Assembly: GCA_050951545.1 (NCBI GenBank)
Contig: JBMNJG010000001.1
Location: forward strand, 1 to 64,000
Length of the DNA: 64,000 nucleotides
Direction of reading: 5' to 3'
Origin: Limnochordia bacterium
GTDB taxonomy: Bacteria; Bacillota; Limnochordia; DTU080
Under the pieces are notes generated by a model, which was not told where the DNA came from, made no database searches, and was given only the letters and a program-made list of their open reading frames with translations. Positions 1 through 10,807 of this stretch are shown one piece after another. The translations under genes and the position numbers were made by a program. The stretch's first letter is position 1, and each line of letters begins with the position of its first letter.

Positions 1-2
1 TC

Positions 3-305
3 AGTTGGGCTTCTGGGCCCGAAGCCCAACGTCTTGAGGCGGTTACACCGTCTGCTGTGCCCTCTATTCGCGAAGTCGCAACCTCACGGCTGTTTCTTGA
101 TCCTAACCTACCGCCCAAGGGAATGCGGATCTTCCTGGAAGAGATGGATGTAGGAAGACCCATGCCCCAACCAATTCGTTACCCCGACATTGAGCGTGAG
201 ATCAACTCACACTTCGGTCAGATATGGCGGCAGCAGCGCTCTGCACAGGAAGGGCTTGATGCTTTGCAGCGTATTGTCACGGCTATCCTCGACGAAACAC
301 AGTGA
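3..305 (+). CDS. ABC transporter sugar-binding protein, C-terminal part (truncated by window start)
   Basis: Open frame from position 3 (SWASGPEAQRL...PSIREVA...EALDALQRIVTAIL-like ending), typical SBP_bac_1 C-terminus. Confidence 0.7.
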   Translation, partial: SWASGPEAQRLEAVTPSAVPSIREVATSRLFLDPNLPPKGMRIFLEEMDVGRPMPQPIRYPDIEREINSHFGQIWRQQRSAQEGLDALQRIVTAILDETQ

Positions 306-315
306 AGGCAGAATA

Positions 316-339
316 AGTGGGGGGCTTCGGCCTCCCACT
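316..339 (+). terminator. GC-rich hairpin with cUUCGg tetraloop after SBP gene
   Basis: AGTGGGGGGC-TTCG-GCCTCCCACT; no U-tract, so it may be a stabilising hairpin rather than a terminator. Confidence 0.45.
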
Positions 340-412
340 GGGCATTCAACTCGTGGCACTTCCACTTGCGGACCTATTTGAGGGGGGAATCACATAACAT
401 GGGGGGACAGCA

Positions 413-2437
413 TTGGGTTATCATCTGGACACGACTCATGCCCGCTTAACAATTGACACTGACACCGGCCTGATGACCATTGTGGACTTGAAACGCGGAG
501 AAAAGGTTCTTCAAGGCCACTCTCTGTGGCGGGCGATCGCCCGTCACGAGGCTGATTTGGAGATCCCTGTTAGCACTAACTTGAAAAAGGCCACGGTTGT
601 CGCTAAGGCAAATGCACTGGTGATGACTTGGACCGAGGTGCAAGCCCGGGAACAGAGGATTCCGCTGTATGTGCAGGCGAAGGTAAGTGTCAGCGGCGAT
701 GAGTTCATCTGGACCTGCAGGGTCGAAAACACGTCGCGTGTGGAGATCACAGAGTTGTGGTTTCCGTGGCTCCAGGTTGTGGCGTCCGCATCAGATGACG
801 AGCAACTACTGTGGCCTGCTGGCCTTGGCCAGAGGATTCACAGCCCTCGCCAGCGGCTACCTTCTCGTGCGTTCTCCAATTACAGGGGAGATGACGAAGA
901 CGGAAGTGTCTATGCGCTCATGTATCCTGGAAGAGCGTGCATGTCATGGTTCGGCCTCTATGGAGATGGCCGAGGGATCTACGTAGCTTCGTACGATCCG
1001 ACATGGCGTACGACATCACTTGCTGTGCAGCCAGCGGATAGCGGTTTGTGGTTGGGTACTGTGAAGTACCTCTTTCTTCAGCCAGGCGCAGAATGGGCCA
1101 GTACTCAGTATGTAATGGTTGTACACGATAGCGACTGGCACTCGGACGCCAAACGCTATCGATGCTGGGCAGAACAGACCTGGTGGCAGCCTCCGCGTCC
1201 TCACGAGCGTGCTCGGAAGTTTCTAGGCTGGCAACGAACAATTCTCAGGCATCAGTACGGGGAGGTTTTGTTTCCGTATAGTACCATTGCTGAGCAAGGT
1301 GCCAGTGCTCGAGATGCTGGTCTTGATACCCTTCATTTGCTGGGATGGTGGGATGGCGGCATGGATAACCGCTATCCTATGTATGAATATGGGCGGGCCT
1401 TGGGTACTCGCGATGAGCTTGCAGCCCAGCTGACTCATCTGCGAGCCAAAGGTATGCATGCCATACTATATCTCACGGGCCATCTCATAGACCAAGGAAC
1501 CCCGTTCTATCCTGAACGTGGGCATGATATCGCGGCCAAGTCTATCTGGGGTACCCCATATCACGAACCGTACAATTTCTGGGGAACGGGTTCACTGATC
1601 AGACAGCTGAAACCCAAATGGTTTGCGCCGGCTTGCCCTGGTGTGGAGGAATGGTGGGAACTCATACGGCGGCAGATTTCGGAGTGTATCTCTCTTGGCG
1701 CGGATGGCGTACTTATTGATCAGATTGGCGGCATGTCTCCGTACCCTTGCTTCGACGCGGCTCACGAGCACGTATCTCCTGCATTGGCTGCGGGCCCTAA
1801 TAAGGTGACTCATATGCGAGCGCTGCAAGACATGGTGCAAGAATATGACCCGGGCTTTATCTTCGCTACTGAGCATGTGACTGATGTATATGGTCAATTC
1901 TTCGATGTCCTACACAGTTGCGGTATGGGGGCGTCCCCACATGCTGAGGGCTTTCCAGAGCTATTTCGCTACACGTTTCCGGAATATGTTATTACCAACC
2001 GCGATGGCGGTTACGATGAGCGAAACATGGCGGCCGCTGTGCGTCATGCTTGCCTGTACGGCTTGCGTTTTGACATGTCGGTTCAGAGAGGCCGTAGGAC
2101 GCTAAGGACCATGCCCAGGTATGCTCAGACCTTGGCGGTCTGTAATACCTTACGCCGCAGGTACAGCGATTCGCTGCTACGTGGCCGTTTCGAAGATAAC
2201 GAGGGGTTTCGCGTAACCTCTGGCCTGGTCGCGAAAGCGTTTAGGGGTTGTCAGAGTGTGGGGCTCATGGTATGGAATCCAACGGAGGAGCCCCTCATTC
2301 CAACGGTTGAGGCGGATGGCGAACTGGTCCAGGCTGTTCTCATTGATGGTACGCCCTATGCGGAGCATCGACCCTTGCAGCCACACGAAGTAGCCTATTT
2401 CCATTTCGATACGCAAACGGGGGAAGCGTTGGTATGA
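413..2437 (+). CDS. DUF6259-like putative glycoside hydrolase (TIM-barrel)
   Basis: 674-aa ORF; LHLLGWWDGGMDNRYP, GADGVLIDQIG and ELFRYTFPE motifs resemble DUF6259/GH36-like barrels. Confidence 0.6.
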   Translation: MGYHLDTTHARLTIDTDTGLMTIVDLKRGEKVLQGHSLWRAIARHEADLEIPVSTNLKKATVVAKANALVMTWTEVQAREQRIPLYVQAKVSVSGDEFIWTCRVENTSRVEITELWFPWLQVVASASDDEQLLWPAGLGQRIHSPRQRLPSRAFSNYRGDDEDGSVYALMYPGRACMSWFGLYGDGRGIYVASYDPTWRTTSLAVQPADSGLWLGTVKYLFLQPGAEWASTQYVMVVHDSDWHSDAKRYRCWAEQTWWQPPRPHERARKFLGWQRTILRHQYGEVLFPYSTIAEQGASARDAGLDTLHLLGWWDGGMDNRYPMYEYGRALGTRDELAAQLTHLRAKGMHAILYLTGHLIDQGTPFYPERGHDIAAKSIWGTPYHEPYNFWGTGSLIRQLKPKWFAPACPGVEEWWELIRRQISECISLGADGVLIDQIGGMSPYPCFDAAHEHVSPALAAGPNKVTHMRALQDMVQEYDPGFIFATEHVTDVYGQFFDVLHSCGMGASPHAEGFPELFRYTFPEYVITNRDGGYDERNMAAAVRHACLYGLRFDMSVQRGRRTLRTMPRYAQTLAVCNTLRRRYSDSLLRGRFEDNEGFRVTSGLVAKAFRGCQSVGLMVWNPTEEPLIPTVEADGELVQAVLIDGTPYAEHRPLQPHEVAYFHFDTQTGEALV

Positions 2438-3594
2438 AAATAACGGAACTCAAGCCATTTCTGGTGCACTGCTATCGCACAAATTGGGTGTTCGTGAAGG
2501 TCATGACCGACGAAGGGATCGTAGGTGTAGGGGAGGCGACGCTCGAAGGGCGCGAGCCAACAGTTGCGGAAGCCATTCGCGAGTTGGGCCGCTACCTGGT
2601 CGGACAGGATCCATTCGCGATTGAGCGACACAGTATGCGCATGCAGCGCGATAGCTATTGGCGTAGTGGTCCTGTGCTTAGCACAGCTCTCAGCGCCGTG
2701 GAGATGGCTTTGTGGGATATCAAGGGCAAGTCGCTGGGAGTTCCGGTCTACGAGCTGATGGGTGGACTAGCTAATGAGCGTATCAAGGTCTACGCGAATG
2801 GTTGGTTTGCCGGGGCCCAAACGGCTGAGGAGTTTGCCGAGCGAGCAGCAGCTACTGTTGCCTTGGGGTTCCGAGCTCTGAAGTGGGATCCTTTCGGCAG
2901 TGCATACTTGAGCCTATCGACCAGCGAGATCGATGCTGCACTGCAGAAGGTTGCAGCAGTGCGCGAAGCTGTGGGTCCAAGCATTGACCTGCTCATAGAA
3001 GCGCACGGGCGGTTCAATGTGATGACCGCCTGCCAGCTAGGTAGGGAGCTGACCCCTTTTCGTCCCTACTGGTATGAGGAGCCGATCCCGCCTGGAAGTG
3101 CACAATCCCTAGCAGAAGTGCGTCGGGCTGTCCCAATACCGGTTGCTGCAGGTGAGCGCTGCTACTCCCGTTTCGATTGCGCCGAACTGCTTCGGACCGA
3201 TGCTGTAGATGTTCTCCAACCCGATGTGTGTCACGTTGGCGGACTGCTCGAAATGAAACGGGTGGCGGCTATAGCTGATGCTTTCCACGTTCCCATATCG
3301 CCCCATAGCCCCAACGGGCCCGTGTGCCATGCAGCAACCCTTCATTTTGCTGCATCGTGCCATGGTTTCCTCATGCTGGAGACAATGGTTACTGATGCGC
3401 CGTGGCGCCAGGAGGTGGCTACCGAGTGTTGCAGGTTTGCTGACGGATACTTTGAGCCACCGAGCGAGCCAGGTCTGGGGGTGGAGCTTCATGAAGAGGT
3501 CTTCCGACGTTATCCATATAGCCCGAAGGATCTCCGTCATTACGATGGAAGCCTGACAAGCATTCGCCCACCGGACGCCTGTCGGTGGTTCTAG
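2434..3594 (+). CDS. dgoD: galactonate dehydratase-like enolase superfamily enzyme
   Basis: MKITELKPF..NWVFVKV.TDEGIVGVGE, KWDPF, EAHGRF, WYEEP, AAGER, QPDVCHVGG motifs; ATGA overlap with upstream gene. Confidence 0.85.
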   Translation: MKITELKPFLVHCYRTNWVFVKVMTDEGIVGVGEATLEGREPTVAEAIRELGRYLVGQDPFAIERHSMRMQRDSYWRSGPVLSTALSAVEMALWDIKGKSLGVPVYELMGGLANERIKVYANGWFAGAQTAEEFAERAAATVALGFRALKWDPFGSAYLSLSTSEIDAALQKVAAVREAVGPSIDLLIEAHGRFNVMTACQLGRELTPFRPYWYEEPIPPGSAQSLAEVRRAVPIPVAAGERCYSRFDCAELLRTDAVDVLQPDVCHVGGLLEMKRVAAIADAFHVPISPHSPNGPVCHAATLHFAASCHGFLMLETMVTDAPWRQEVATECCRFADGYFEPPSEPGLGVELHEEVFRRYPYSPKDLRHYDGSLTSIRPPDACRWF

Positions 3595-3643
3595 CGCAGC
3601 AGGCTATCTGAGGCAGTATCACAGAGGGTAGGGGGGCCTGTAG

Positions 3644-4396
3644 ATGTATTCGTTAGCAGGGAAGATAGCCTTGGTGACGGGAGCTTCCCGTGGTCTGGGC
3701 GCTGGAATAGCACGAGCGCTGGCTTCGGCTGGAGCCGATGTCGTGGTGAACTACTTGAGCTCGCAGGCTCGGGCAGAGGAAGTGGCAGCCGAGATTCGCC
3801 AGATGGGCAGGCGCTGCCTTGTAATACAGGCTGACGCAGCTGAGGAAGAGGCAGTAGCTGGCCTGTTTTCGGCGATCCGCGACGCCTTTGGTCGCCTGGA
3901 TATTCTGGTGAACAATGCTGGCACGACCAGGGCTGAGGATATCTTCTGCACGGCTCTGGATAGCTGGGAGTTCATTATCCGGAATAACCTAACGAGTACC
4001 TTCCTGTGCTCTAAGTATGCCATGGGGATGATGAAGGAGCAAAAGGGCGGCAGGATTATCAACATCAGCTCTATTGTAGCTCAGAGGGGGGCTCTATTTG
4101 GCCATGTGCACTATGCTGCCACAAAAAGCGGGCAGCTGGGACTTGCCAAGACCCTAGCTCGTACTGCGGCTCCCTATGGAATTACAGTCAACAGCATTGC
4201 TCCAGGGATAATAGAGACAGAATTGCTCATCCAGACACACGGGCCCGAGGAGGTTGCCGCTTTGGCGGAGACAGTTCCTTTGGGCTTAGGCAACGTGAAG
4301 GATGTTGGATTTGCTACCGTCTTCCTGGCTAGTGATGAGGCTCGCTACATCACTGGGGCGACTATCGATGTCAACGGAGGCATGCACATGTGCTAG
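3644..4396 (+). CDS. SDR family oxidoreductase (FabG-like)
   Basis: TGASRGLG, NNAG and YAATK catalytic motif. Confidence 0.9.
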   Translation: MYSLAGKIALVTGASRGLGAGIARALASAGADVVVNYLSSQARAEEVAAEIRQMGRRCLVIQADAAEEEAVAGLFSAIRDAFGRLDILVNNAGTTRAEDIFCTALDSWEFIIRNNLTSTFLCSKYAMGMMKEQKGGRIINISSIVAQRGALFGHVHYAATKSGQLGLAKTLARTAAPYGITVNSIAPGIIETELLIQTHGPEEVAALAETVPLGLGNVKDVGFATVFLASDEARYITGATIDVNGGMHMC

Positions 4397-4499
4397 AGCG
4401 ACCAAAATCAGTCTCACGACGTGACCCCCGCTCTGTTGCGACAAGAGGCAGCGCCCTACCCATACCCAGCGCATGGGCAGGGCGCTGCGGCGTACGAGA

Positions 4500-5780
4500 C
4501 TATTTGAGCCGTTCTGAGCGCACGCGTTCTTCTTCCACGCAGGCCTGCAGATGCAGATGCTGTAGGGCTGTCTCGGGTGACGCCTCTAGACCGGTGACGT
4601 CCCTCCAGGCCTGGCCCACCAAGGAATCGATTATGGCGTCGTTCATCCATGGCACGCCCACAGCTCGAGTCAGCGAGTACATGATATTGAGAGTGTCTGG
4701 ATCCCGTTGGAACTTGGGCTGCTTGATTACCTGCCACCTCGTCGGTAGCTCACCCGTCTCTTCGAGCCAGCGCTCTTGCGACTTCACTGACTGATGATGC
4801 ATAAGCCAGCCTGTGGCTACATCCACATCAGCCTTACGCGTTACCCCCAAGGCCCACGTAGTCACCAAACCAGCTTGGCTACCGTTCTCGACGGGAGCAG
4901 GCATCTCTACGATGCGAAACCGCAGATCAGGATGTGTGCGCAAGAAGCTGCCTTGCATAGCCGGATGCGCATAGACCATTCCGAGTTTTTCGTTACGAAA
5001 AGCGGTCCAGCGGCTGCCGAACGCTCGATCTTCAATTCCGTGCTCAGTCACCAGATCGGTGGCGAATCTGAAACCGTCGGCCACTTCCGGTGTGTTGAAT
5101 ACTGGCAGCCTCGTATCTGAGTCCCACAATGCGGCCCCTGCTTGCACCATAAGGCTCAACAAAACAGGAGCGTACCCGCCTGTGGCGACGCCCATGGTCT
5201 GGGTGGCATTCTCAGCATTTCGCTTGTGAATCTTCCGTGCACACTGTACCAGGTCGGTCCAGGTTTGTGGAGGCCGCTCCGAATCTAGGCCTGCCTCTTC
5301 AAACAGATGGGGTTGGTAGAAAAGCACCACAGTCTGCGTATCAGTAGGAAGCGCGAAGTACTTCCCATCTACGCTCATCGGAGCAATGGCACCAGGAATG
5401 AAGTCTCGCTCCAATTCCTCAGCGGACATGAGCTCAGAACTTAGAGGCTGCAAAGCACCTGACTGAGCCAGCCACGATACCCAGGTGCTGCGCACTTGCA
5501 CGGTATCGGGGCCAGCTCCAGCTGCCAACGACACTGTCAGCTTATCGAGGAATTCGGTCAACGGGAAGGTCTCTACCTCAATTTCGACATCGGGATGCGC
5601 CTGCATATACTCGTGGGCCAGTAACTTGACCATGGTGTCTCTGGCGGGCGAAGTATGCTGCCAGTGAACTAAGCTCGTCTTCGCCGTACCCAGTGATGGC
5701 AACGCGACCATGAGTGCCAAGGCCAGGATCACAGGAAAAATCTGACGTTTCGCGCTCAATCCCTTTGCTTTTCGCAGCAA
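4500..5780 (-). CDS. ABC transporter sugar-binding protein
   Basis: Signal peptide, AAGAGPD, DGKYFALP, PPQTWTDL motifs; TTG start chosen behind GGGAGG. Confidence 0.85.
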   Translation of the reverse strand: MLRKAKGLSAKRQIFPVILALALMVALPSLGTAKTSLVHWQHTSPARDTMVKLLAHEYMQAHPDVEIEVETFPLTEFLDKLTVSLAAGAGPDTVQVRSTWVSWLAQSGALQPLSSELMSAEELERDFIPGAIAPMSVDGKYFALPTDTQTVVLFYQPHLFEEAGLDSERPPQTWTDLVQCARKIHKRNAENATQTMGVATGGYAPVLLSLMVQAGAALWDSDTRLPVFNTPEVADGFRFATDLVTEHGIEDRAFGSRWTAFRNEKLGMVYAHPAMQGSFLRTHPDLRFRIVEMPAPVENGSQAGLVTTWALGVTRKADVDVATGWLMHHQSVKSQERWLEETGELPTRWQVIKQPKFQRDPDTLNIMYSLTRAVGVPWMNDAIIDSLVGQAWRDVTGLEASPETALQHLHLQACVEEERVRSERLK

Positions 5781-6074
5781 TGCCACGACCTCCCTTTTCA
5801 GACGATAGTCATAGTAAGACAATACTGCTTCAATGACCCTCTATCCTGCCATCACTCTGCTAATCAGACATGGATTCGGAGGCGAAAGGCTGCTTCTGCG
5901 AAAAGGAGAACGGAGTCGCGTGGGCAAATCAGCGTGCGGAGCATAGACAATGTAGCTACTGACAGGGGAAGACGGCGCAGCAGACGAAATGACCAGAGGT
6001 ACCGAAGCGGTGCCGTCTGTGCAGTACTGCTTGGGGCCTACAACATGACTCGGTTTTTACAGGGAGCGAGTAGC

Positions 6075-8576
6075 GTGGTTCGCGGATCTCGTCGTATGGC
6101 GGCTTTGCTCGTTGTCTTTGTCTTCGTTGTCGCTGGGGTGATGCCTGTTCAGGGTATGCAGCAGATCACCCCGGATGCTGGTGACTTACTCGCATATGGG
6201 CGTATGGAAAGTGGCCATGGCGGTGGTCAGCTAGTGGTGTCTGCGCCCCTATGCGAGGGTCCCCTGACCATTGTCTCCACGCTGGTCATTGGCGAGGACT
6301 GGGATCTCGATAGCGCTGAACAGATCTGGCTAGCTGGCCTTTCCACAGACCCTGAGGGGATGATGCTGGGCCTGGCCGTGGTTTGGGCTGAGGCTAGTAG
6401 TGGCTGGTTTCCACTATGGAAGGTGCAGCTGCAGAGTCAGCACGGCGAGTTGGTAGAGAGCGTTGATCTCGCCGCGTTATCGCCTGAGGCCGGGCATACA
6501 TACCAATCGGTCTTGAGCTATGATCCTGAAACTGGTGACGGGGCTCTTCAGATCTACGACCAGACTGCACAGCGACAAGTGTTTTCTGGGGGATTTGAAG
6601 CGAAGACGCCTGTTACCGCTCGGTACCCCGCGGCCGGTGCCGTGTGCGGATCGGCAAGCGCTGTCGTGGAGCTTGCTGAACTGGAGGCATACGGGGATTA
6701 CGTTCCCGTGGATGTCGAACTCGAATTGGTGTCCGACTCCCAGCCTGCTATTCTGCGAGGGGGAGGATACGAGCGCACAGAGCAGCCTGCCATGCGTCTT
6801 TCCATCCCAGGTGTATTGCCAGGTGGCGAGTTTTGGGTGCGGGTGTGCCACCACGACACGGGGGTGCTTAAGGAACTCGGACCCTTGCGGGCCACTGCTA
6901 ACGAGATCGTGGTTCCGTTTCCGCCGTTAGAGCTTCCAGGTCAAGCAACCATCACTCTGGAGTATGTGAGTGAAGGCCACCGCTGGTTTTCCCGTACGTG
7001 GGACATCTCAGTAGGCTGGGTCAGTGTGGAGTCTGCTACGGCGCATGTCGATCACCAAGGCGGCACGATTGGGCTGGAGATGAGGCTCCAGAGCGATGCG
7101 CCTACTGCCGCCCTACCGTTGACAGTTACCGGGTCTTTGCATTTCGTGGCCCGTGACAGAAAGACGACCGAGCCGCTGGGGAAGACGCAGGTCTCGCCGC
7201 TCACGTTCCTTAGTAGAGCTGTCGACGTGGGCCCGGAGCCAAGCAGTATCGTTCTTGTTGCCCCTATGCCTGACGAGATGCCATCAGGGCTGTGGGAGAT
7301 CAGTTTGCAGGTGGCATCAGAGTCCTCGGTTGATCTGCGCTGCAGTGCCGCCAAGGTCCCGTTGGCGACAACGCCGTCCTTGAGCCCGGAACAGGTCGTG
7401 GCTGTGTTTTACGTAGCCCCCGAGGCGCGTGGCGCGGCGAATGGATCGAGTATGGAACACGCGGCCAGCTTCCGCGAGCCTCTGTTCTGGCAGCTTGTCC
7501 AACGCAGCTTGCAGAAGGGTGCAGTGACGGTGGAGTTTCTGCCGGGCCAGTATGTGTTCAGCAAGCGCCCGAAGGATGGCCAAAGCCGTGGTACACTGCG
7601 GCTCGAGGGGATGGGCCATGACACACACCAGTTGGTCTTAGAGGGGCTGCATCCCCAAGGCACCGTCTTCATGTCAGATCCAAAGGAAGCAGCGGATCAG
7701 AGCCTATCGATCGATCTGCTTTTCTTCAAGGGCAAGAACACGGTGGTGCGCAATCTGCATTTCACGGGCCAGCAGCATATGGGCTATGCCACTCGCTTCT
7801 ACGGAGAGCATGTGCTTGTCGAGAACTGCAGCTGGGTTGATCTGCCGCGGGTCTACTATGGAGCGACAGGCACGGCTTACGAAGACGCGCACCACATTAC
7901 CTTCAAGGACTGCGTGTTCAAGCGGGTTGGCCTCGATTCGCACGCCCACATGATCTATAACGCCTATGGACCGCAACACATCTATGTGGTCAACTGCCAT
8001 TTTGAAGATAGCTCCGGGGAGTATGTACGCTTTCGCGACCAGACTGATTACGTCGTGGTTTTTGGTTGCACGTTTAAGTCCACAGGGACGTATGTAGGCG
8101 GCAACAATGTCTTCATTTCACTGCCCCTGTTCAACGATGACGATCCCGGCAATCCAGGCCCCAATCCCCGATACGAGTACTTTGGTACGCATGTCTTGGT
8201 CGCCAACAATACCTTCATGTACCCAGACGATTACAGTCGCGGTACGCGTCAGGTGCTACGTTTTCTGCATCGGGGTTTCGATCCTCCCGGGTGTCAGCTG
8301 CTACTCGATCCCAACGAGGCGGCTATCCTTAGGGAGGGCTCGCTTGCCGAGCGTCGGGCATTCATGCAGACTCGTTTGGGCATTGACGGTGCCCAAGTCT
8401 ACTTCTACGGCAACACCTATGAGGGCCGTGGTGCCAAGCATTCGGTGACCTATGACTCGGCTCCAAACTACGGAGCGCAGAGCCGTGGCTGGGCCGGAGC
8501 TGTCGATATCACAGATGCGGTGAACGCCACACCCGTGGTGGCCACAGCCGCTGAAGCACTGCTGTTTTGGGATTAG
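6075..8576 (+). CDS. secreted multidomain protein with C-terminal right-handed beta-helix (pectin-lyase-like)
   Basis: Signal peptide; repeated VENCSW/FKDCVF/VVNCHF/VANNTF rungs; start uncertain (ORF open from 5934). Confidence 0.65.
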   Translation: MVRGSRRMAALLVVFVFVVAGVMPVQGMQQITPDAGDLLAYGRMESGHGGGQLVVSAPLCEGPLTIVSTLVIGEDWDLDSAEQIWLAGLSTDPEGMMLGLAVVWAEASSGWFPLWKVQLQSQHGELVESVDLAALSPEAGHTYQSVLSYDPETGDGALQIYDQTAQRQVFSGGFEAKTPVTARYPAAGAVCGSASAVVELAELEAYGDYVPVDVELELVSDSQPAILRGGGYERTEQPAMRLSIPGVLPGGEFWVRVCHHDTGVLKELGPLRATANEIVVPFPPLELPGQATITLEYVSEGHRWFSRTWDISVGWVSVESATAHVDHQGGTIGLEMRLQSDAPTAALPLTVTGSLHFVARDRKTTEPLGKTQVSPLTFLSRAVDVGPEPSSIVLVAPMPDEMPSGLWEISLQVASESSVDLRCSAAKVPLATTPSLSPEQVVAVFYVAPEARGAANGSSMEHAASFREPLFWQLVQRSLQKGAVTVEFLPGQYVFSKRPKDGQSRGTLRLEGMGHDTHQLVLEGLHPQGTVFMSDPKEAADQSLSIDLLFFKGKNTVVRNLHFTGQQHMGYATRFYGEHVLVENCSWVDLPRVYYGATGTAYEDAHHITFKDCVFKRVGLDSHAHMIYNAYGPQHIYVVNCHFEDSSGEYVRFRDQTDYVVVFGCTFKSTGTYVGGNNVFISLPLFNDDDPGNPGPNPRYEYFGTHVLVANNTFMYPDDYSRGTRQVLRFLHRGFDPPGCQLLLDPNEAAILREGSLAERRAFMQTRLGIDGAQVYFYGNTYEGRGAKHSVTYDSAPNYGAQSRGWAGAVDITDAVNATPVVATAAEALLFWD

Positions 8577-8635
8577 TAGGGGGTCTTCGCTTCATGGCGA
8601 GGATGCAACGTCGAAGTACATATGGAGGCGAACTC

Positions 8636-10807
8636 ATGTTCATGGCAGACCAGCTTGTTGTGTTTATGGTTCTCGCACTCTTTTTTGGTCTCACCGCTAG
8701 TGGACAGGCCCAAATCGCTCGTAACGAAGAAGCAATTGCTGAGGTTCGAGCGGGTGAGCGCACGGAGGCCAATGCTGCTTGGTGGGGTTTTGACCCTGAG
8801 GATGCAACAGAAATCCTACAGGCGGCGATCAACTCGGGAGCGTCCAAACTCATCGTTCCCAACATGGGACAAGAGTGGGTTGTCCGACCGCTTACCTTGC
8901 GAAGCAATCTGGAGATCATCCTCGAGGAGGGCGTCGTTATCGCTGCCAAGCGCGGGGAGTATCATGGCAGCAGTGACTCCGTCTTCAGTGCTACAGGTGC
9001 GGACAACCTGATCATCCGTGGCTATGGTGCTACCATTCGTATGCACAAACAAGACTACATGTCGCCTGAGTATAAGAAGGCCGAATGGCGCATGGGCTTC
9101 AGGCTCTTGGGTTGCAGCAACGTGGAGATTCACGGGGTGACCATACGCGACACAGGCGGGGATGCGATCTACCTCGGGCGTCCCAGTGGTGGGAGCCCAA
9201 ACGAGAATATCGTCATTCGTGATATCGTAGCGGACAACAACTACAGACAGGGCATCAGCGTGATCTCCGCGAGAAACCTGCTCATCGAGCACAGTGTCTT
9301 CAAGAACACCAGTGGCACGGGGCCGTCGGCTGGCATTGATCTGGAACCCAATCGCAGTGACGAGAAGCTGGAGAACATCATCATTCGCAATAACGTGTTT
9401 GAGAACAACGTCTTGGGTATGCACGTCTATCTGAACCACATGACGAGCGCCGCCGAGATATCGGTCCTCTGGGAAAACAACATTGTCCGCGGCGGAGACT
9501 ATGGCATTCATGTGCGCCGAGTGCATCGGGACGGACCGCGTGGGCAAATGACCTTCCGTGGCTGCATCGTTGAAGACTCTCGGGTCAACGGGATTCGCAT
9601 TCGCAGTGTGGACGCGGATGCCCTACACCTTGTCTTCGAAGATTGTCTCCTGGCTAATGTGGCCACTAAGGCTACGCACAGTGAGTTCGGTCGTCCTGTT
9701 CCCTCACCAATAGCCATTATCTCAGAGATTACAGATCCAACCGACGAGAAGCTGGCTTCCCGAGTTGGTGGAGCCGCTTTCAGAAACGTCGTCGTGATTG
9801 ACGCCCGGGAGCGGCCTGCTGTAGCGGGCATCCCACAAGACAAGGATGCGCTCAAGTCGTTTGCCGACATTACGGGCGAAATCCAGGTGCATAACCCCTA
9901 CGGGGCGTGGGCCGAGTGGGACGGCCAGCTTGAGAACGTTGACCTCCAGCTGAGAGCTATCCCGGAGCCCACTTCACTCTATGGAGAGTTACTAGAGCAG
10001 TTCGAGAAAGCCAAGATCGATGCCCGAAAAGCCCCCTACAGCTGGCCCGCCGTCAAGTTCGATGGCGCCATAGCCCGCTCGGGAGTGCAAGGCATGATAG
10101 ATGCGGGCATCAGTCTTGCCCGTGGCGACGCGGAATCTATCGAAAGCGTAGAGATTCTGCTCGATGGAGTGCCGATTTATGCTGCTCCACGCATGCCTGA
10201 AGCAGGCCAGGTGATCGTCGACACCCGGACGCTGACCGATGGCGGACATACCTTGACTGCCACAGTCGCCCTCCGTGATGAGCATGTCGAAGGAGTGAGT
10301 CAGTCTATCACCTTTACGACGCGGAATTTCTGGGAGCTGCGAGACGACTTCACCGCGCCCAAAGAGATGGGAGGATGGTTTGGGGCAATCGACCTCTCCC
10401 AGACGATCGAGGAGTCTGCTGGCTGGCAGTACTCCACAGGGCGAGAGGATGAGTTTCTGGGCGACGATAGCCGTAAGGTGCGACAGGCCAACACTACCGA
10501 GTACCTAGTCTGGGAGACCCCTCTGCTGGGAGAGTTCAGTTTGGCCCTGTATGCGAAAGAGACCGCCATTGACGATATCGTGGAGCTTGCCGTATCGCCT
10601 GATGGCCAGAGCTGGAAGCCCGTCAATCACACCAGAAGCGATGCGGGGCAATCGGGACAAGGCTGGCACAAACTCATGCTGGCGGGCGATGCATCGGGGC
10701 ACGACGACATAGGATTCTTCAAAGTGACCTTGCGAGCATCTGCGGTTCCCGTAGAGATATGCTTGGGCGAAGCGCACTTTCGTGGGATGCGGCCGCAAGC
10801 GCCCTGA
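8636..10807 (+). CDS. secreted right-handed beta-helix protein (putative polysaccharide lyase) with C-terminal Ig-like domains
   Basis: GGAGG RBS before ATG 8636; WWGFDPEDATEILQAAI, DTGGDAIY, NNYRQGISVI, GIDLEPN motifs. Confidence 0.75.
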   Translation: MFMADQLVVFMVLALFFGLTASGQAQIARNEEAIAEVRAGERTEANAAWWGFDPEDATEILQAAINSGASKLIVPNMGQEWVVRPLTLRSNLEIILEEGVVIAAKRGEYHGSSDSVFSATGADNLIIRGYGATIRMHKQDYMSPEYKKAEWRMGFRLLGCSNVEIHGVTIRDTGGDAIYLGRPSGGSPNENIVIRDIVADNNYRQGISVISARNLLIEHSVFKNTSGTGPSAGIDLEPNRSDEKLENIIIRNNVFENNVLGMHVYLNHMTSAAEISVLWENNIVRGGDYGIHVRRVHRDGPRGQMTFRGCIVEDSRVNGIRIRSVDADALHLVFEDCLLANVATKATHSEFGRPVPSPIAIISEITDPTDEKLASRVGGAAFRNVVVIDARERPAVAGIPQDKDALKSFADITGEIQVHNPYGAWAEWDGQLENVDLQLRAIPEPTSLYGELLEQFEKAKIDARKAPYSWPAVKFDGAIARSGVQGMIDAGISLARGDAESIESVEILLDGVPIYAAPRMPEAGQVIVDTRTLTDGGHTLTATVALRDEHVEGVSQSITFTTRNFWELRDDFTAPKEMGGWFGAIDLSQTIEESAGWQYSTGREDEFLGDDSRKVRQANTTEYLVWETPLLGEFSLALYAKETAIDDIVELAVSPDGQSWKPVNHTRSDAGQSGQGWHKLMLAGDASGHDDIGFFKVTLRASAVPVEICLGEAHFRGMRPQAP

